The notes below the pieces were generated by a model. That model saw nothing but the letters and a program-made list of their open reading frames with translations. It had not been told where the DNA came from and did not search any database. Below are positions 61,946 to 64,000 of a stretch of 64,000 nucleotides of DNA, piece by piece. A program made the position numbers and the translations under genes. Origin of the DNA: an uncultured Spirochaetota bacterium (GTDB taxonomy: Bacteria > Spirochaetota > Spirochaetia > SZUA-6 > Fen-1364); the NCBI GenBank assembly GCA_963781885.1, contig CAWAHW010000002.1, positions 704,001 to 768,000 of the forward strand, written 5' to 3'. Numbering within the stretch: the stretch's first letter is position 1; each line of letters starts with the position of its first letter.

Positions 61946-61971
61946 GGGCTTCTGAAAAAAGGAGGCCTTTC

Positions 61972-62862
61972 ATGCGTCGCATCCTCGTGCTTGCACTCTT
62001 CATCGTGCCCGCATCCATCGCCCTTGCCGACACCGCACAGGTCATCGCGCAGGCTGACGCGCTCGACCTGAAAGGCTCCTACGCGGAGGCACGCACGCTC
62101 GCACTCGACGCGGTCCCGGCTGCCGCGAACGCGAAAGAGCAGGCGGAGCTGTACTGGCGCGCGTCACGCGAGACACTCAACCTGGGCGACAACGCCGACG
62201 ATGCGAAAAAGCCGCAGGGCGACATCCTCGCACTGTTCACCGAGGGGGAAGGCTATGCCGACAAGGCAATCGCCGCCGATCCCCAGAACGACCTGGCTTA
62301 TTACTGGAAATCGTCCAATATCGGGCGCTGGGGGCAGACAAAAGGCATTCTCAATTCGCTCTTCAAGGCCGGGCCGATGAAGGATCTCCTCGTGAAGGAG
62401 CTCTCCCTCAACGTCAACCGCACCGATGCCTACTACGTGCTGGGGCAGCTCTACCGCGAGCTTCCGGGCTGGCCGGTATCCTTCGGCAACATCGACGCCG
62501 CCGTTTCCCTCGGACGCAAGTCGGTGGACCTGCGCGCCGCGCAGTTCCAGGCGGGCACGGCAAAGGAGCTCGTCTACAATTTCTCCAACGAGCTTGCGAA
62601 GACCCTCTGGAAGAGGAACTGGAGCGCCGACAAGAGGCTCGCCGAGCAGAAGAACAAGACGGAGAAGCTCGCTGCCGCGACGACCCCGCTGGACATGGGT
62701 TCATACTACGAGGCGAGCGTGACCTTGAAGAACATGTCCGATCGCGAAGAGGCGAAGGCGCTCGTGCAGGCGGTCGTGGCGGACTTGCAGAAGGTGGCGA
62801 ACCGCAACGCAGACCAGAACAAGGATCTGCAGAAAGCAGTCGACCTGCTCAAGGGGTGGTAG
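61972..62862 (+). CDS. Secreted TPR-like protein
   Basis: Signal peptide (ALA-D); TPR-like A..A.P....AYYW and AYYVLGQLY..LPG segments. Confidence 0.8.
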   Translation: MRRILVLALFIVPASIALADTAQVIAQADALDLKGSYAEARTLALDAVPAAANAKEQAELYWRASRETLNLGDNADDAKKPQGDILALFTEGEGYADKAIAADPQNDLAYYWKSSNIGRWGQTKGILNSLFKAGPMKDLLVKELSLNVNRTDAYYVLGQLYRELPGWPVSFGNIDAAVSLGRKSVDLRAAQFQAGTAKELVYNFSNELAKTLWKRNWSADKRLAEQKNKTEKLAAATTPLDMGSYYEASVTLKNMSDREEAKALVQAVVADLQKVANRNADQNKDLQKAVDLLKGW

Positions 62863-64000
62863 GGGGTTTGCGCCGGCCTTCCCCTTTCATGAGGCTTGCC
62901 TTTGTGAGTGTTCCGTCTCCCATCTTCCGCTGGAGACGGAACACGGCCTCTTCCACCTTCTTCTTGCGCGCGAATCCGTCGGCAAAAAGCTCCAGCTGAT
63001 CCTGCGATTCCACCGGCGTCAGGTTGGAAAAGCCGATGCCGATGAGCCTGATCGGGGTGCCCCCCGTCCACCGGGAGTCCAGCAGCTCCCGTGCAACCGC
63101 GTAGAGCTCCTCCGTGGACGTCACCCAGTGCTTGATCGTCTTCTGCGCCGACAGCGTCGTGAAGTCGTGGTAGCGCAGCTTCAGCGCGACCGTCTTCGAT
63201 TTCCAGCTCCCCTCAAGCATCCGGAACATCACCTGGTGGCAGAGCTCCAGCAGCGTCCGCTCGATGCCCGCGCGGTCCTTGCGGTCGTGCTCGAATGTCG
63301 TCTCCGTGGAAAGCGACCTGCTGTGCGGCTCCTCTGCAAATATTCCCGGGTCGGCGCCGCGCGTGACGGAAGAGAGGAAGCCCGATGCGCCCTGTCCGAG
63401 CAGGCGCGCGAGCTGGGGCTGCGGCATGGCGCGAAGCTGCCGCACCGACGTGATGTTGAGCTCCGTGAGGCGCTGGAGCGTCTTTTCCCCGATGCCCCAG
63501 AGATCCGAAAGCTTGATGCCGTCCAGGAACTCCACGGCGTTCTCTTCCCGCACCTCGACGAGCCCGTCCGGCTTGCCGGAGTTCGTGGCGAGCTTCGCGA
63601 GGTACTTGTTCGGCCCGATGCCCACTGAAATCGCCAGGCCCGTCTTTTCCTTCACCTCCGCCTTGAGCCGCGCCCCGGTGTCCCGCGCGGGCCCGAAGAG
63701 CCTCTCCGTGCCGGAAAGATCGAGGAATGCCTCGTCCACGGAGATCTGCTGCATGTGGGGGGTGTACCCGGCGAGGATCTCCATGACCTGGCGGGAGACC
63801 TCGAGATAGCGCTCCATGCGCACGGGGAGGTAGGCACCCTGCGGGCAGCGCCGATAGGCCTGGCTGATGGGCATCGCCGAGTGGATGCCGAAACGGCGCG
63901 CCTCGTAGGAGCAGGCCGACACCACGCCGCGATGGCCCGGCGCCGCACCGACGATCACCGGCCTTCCCTTCAGGGAGGGGTCGTCGCGCTGCTCCACGGA
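62849..64000 (-). CDS. dinB: DNA polymerase IV (5' end outside the window)
   Basis: VEQRDDP.L.G.PVIVG, SYEARRFGIHSAMP, SVDEAFLD, LAKLA...KPDG and LWGIG motifs. Confidence 0.96.
   Translation of the reverse strand, partial: SVEQRDDPSLKGRPVIVGAAPGHRGVVSACSYEARRFGIHSAMPISQAYRRCPQGAYLPVRMERYLEVSRQVMEILAGYTPHMQQISVDEAFLDLSGTERLFGPARDTGARLKAEVKEKTGLAISVGIGPNKYLAKLATNSGKPDGLVEVREENAVEFLDGIKLSDLWGIGEKTLQRLTELNITSVRQLRAMPQPQLARLLGQGASGFLSSVTRGADPGIFAEEPHSRSLSTETTFEHDRKDRAGIERTLLELCHQVMFRMLEGSWKSKTVALKLRYHDFTTLSAQKTIKHWVTSTEELYAVARELLDSRWTGGTPIRLIGIGFSNLTPVESQDQLELFADGFARKKKVEEAVFRLQRKMGDGTLTKASLMKGEGRRKPPTTP

Overview
GC-rich (roughly two-thirds by eye) bacterial chromosome segment, almost certainly from a Spirochaetota genome. 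Evidence: fliS-flgN-like-polA-coaE-SPOR gene order, a spirochaete-type LysM lipoprotein and a long-form PRPP synthetase. It is mostly core metabolism: an E. coli-like complex I operon (nuoA-B-CD-E-F-G...) preceded by menA-menG-polyprenyl synthase, plus ppdK, GTP-PEPCK, glgP, phosphomannomutase, aroDE, murD, polA, coaE, cysE-bshA and dinB. No rRNA, tRNA, CRISPR array, transposase or prophage was recognised. The most notable unexplained signal is a family of short GC-rich palindromic modules in three related classes with covarying stems. They occur as solo copies, one nested copy, tandem arrays between convergent genes, and insertions inside proteins (CoaE, a CoA-activase, MurD, an epimerase tail). 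Other signals: four frameshifts at the identical heptamer TGCCCGG (probably a motif-specific sequencing error), many apparently leaderless genes, a histone-H1-like tail on PPDK, and a probable CTG start for aroDE. All calls come from motif recognition by eye; no database search was run.
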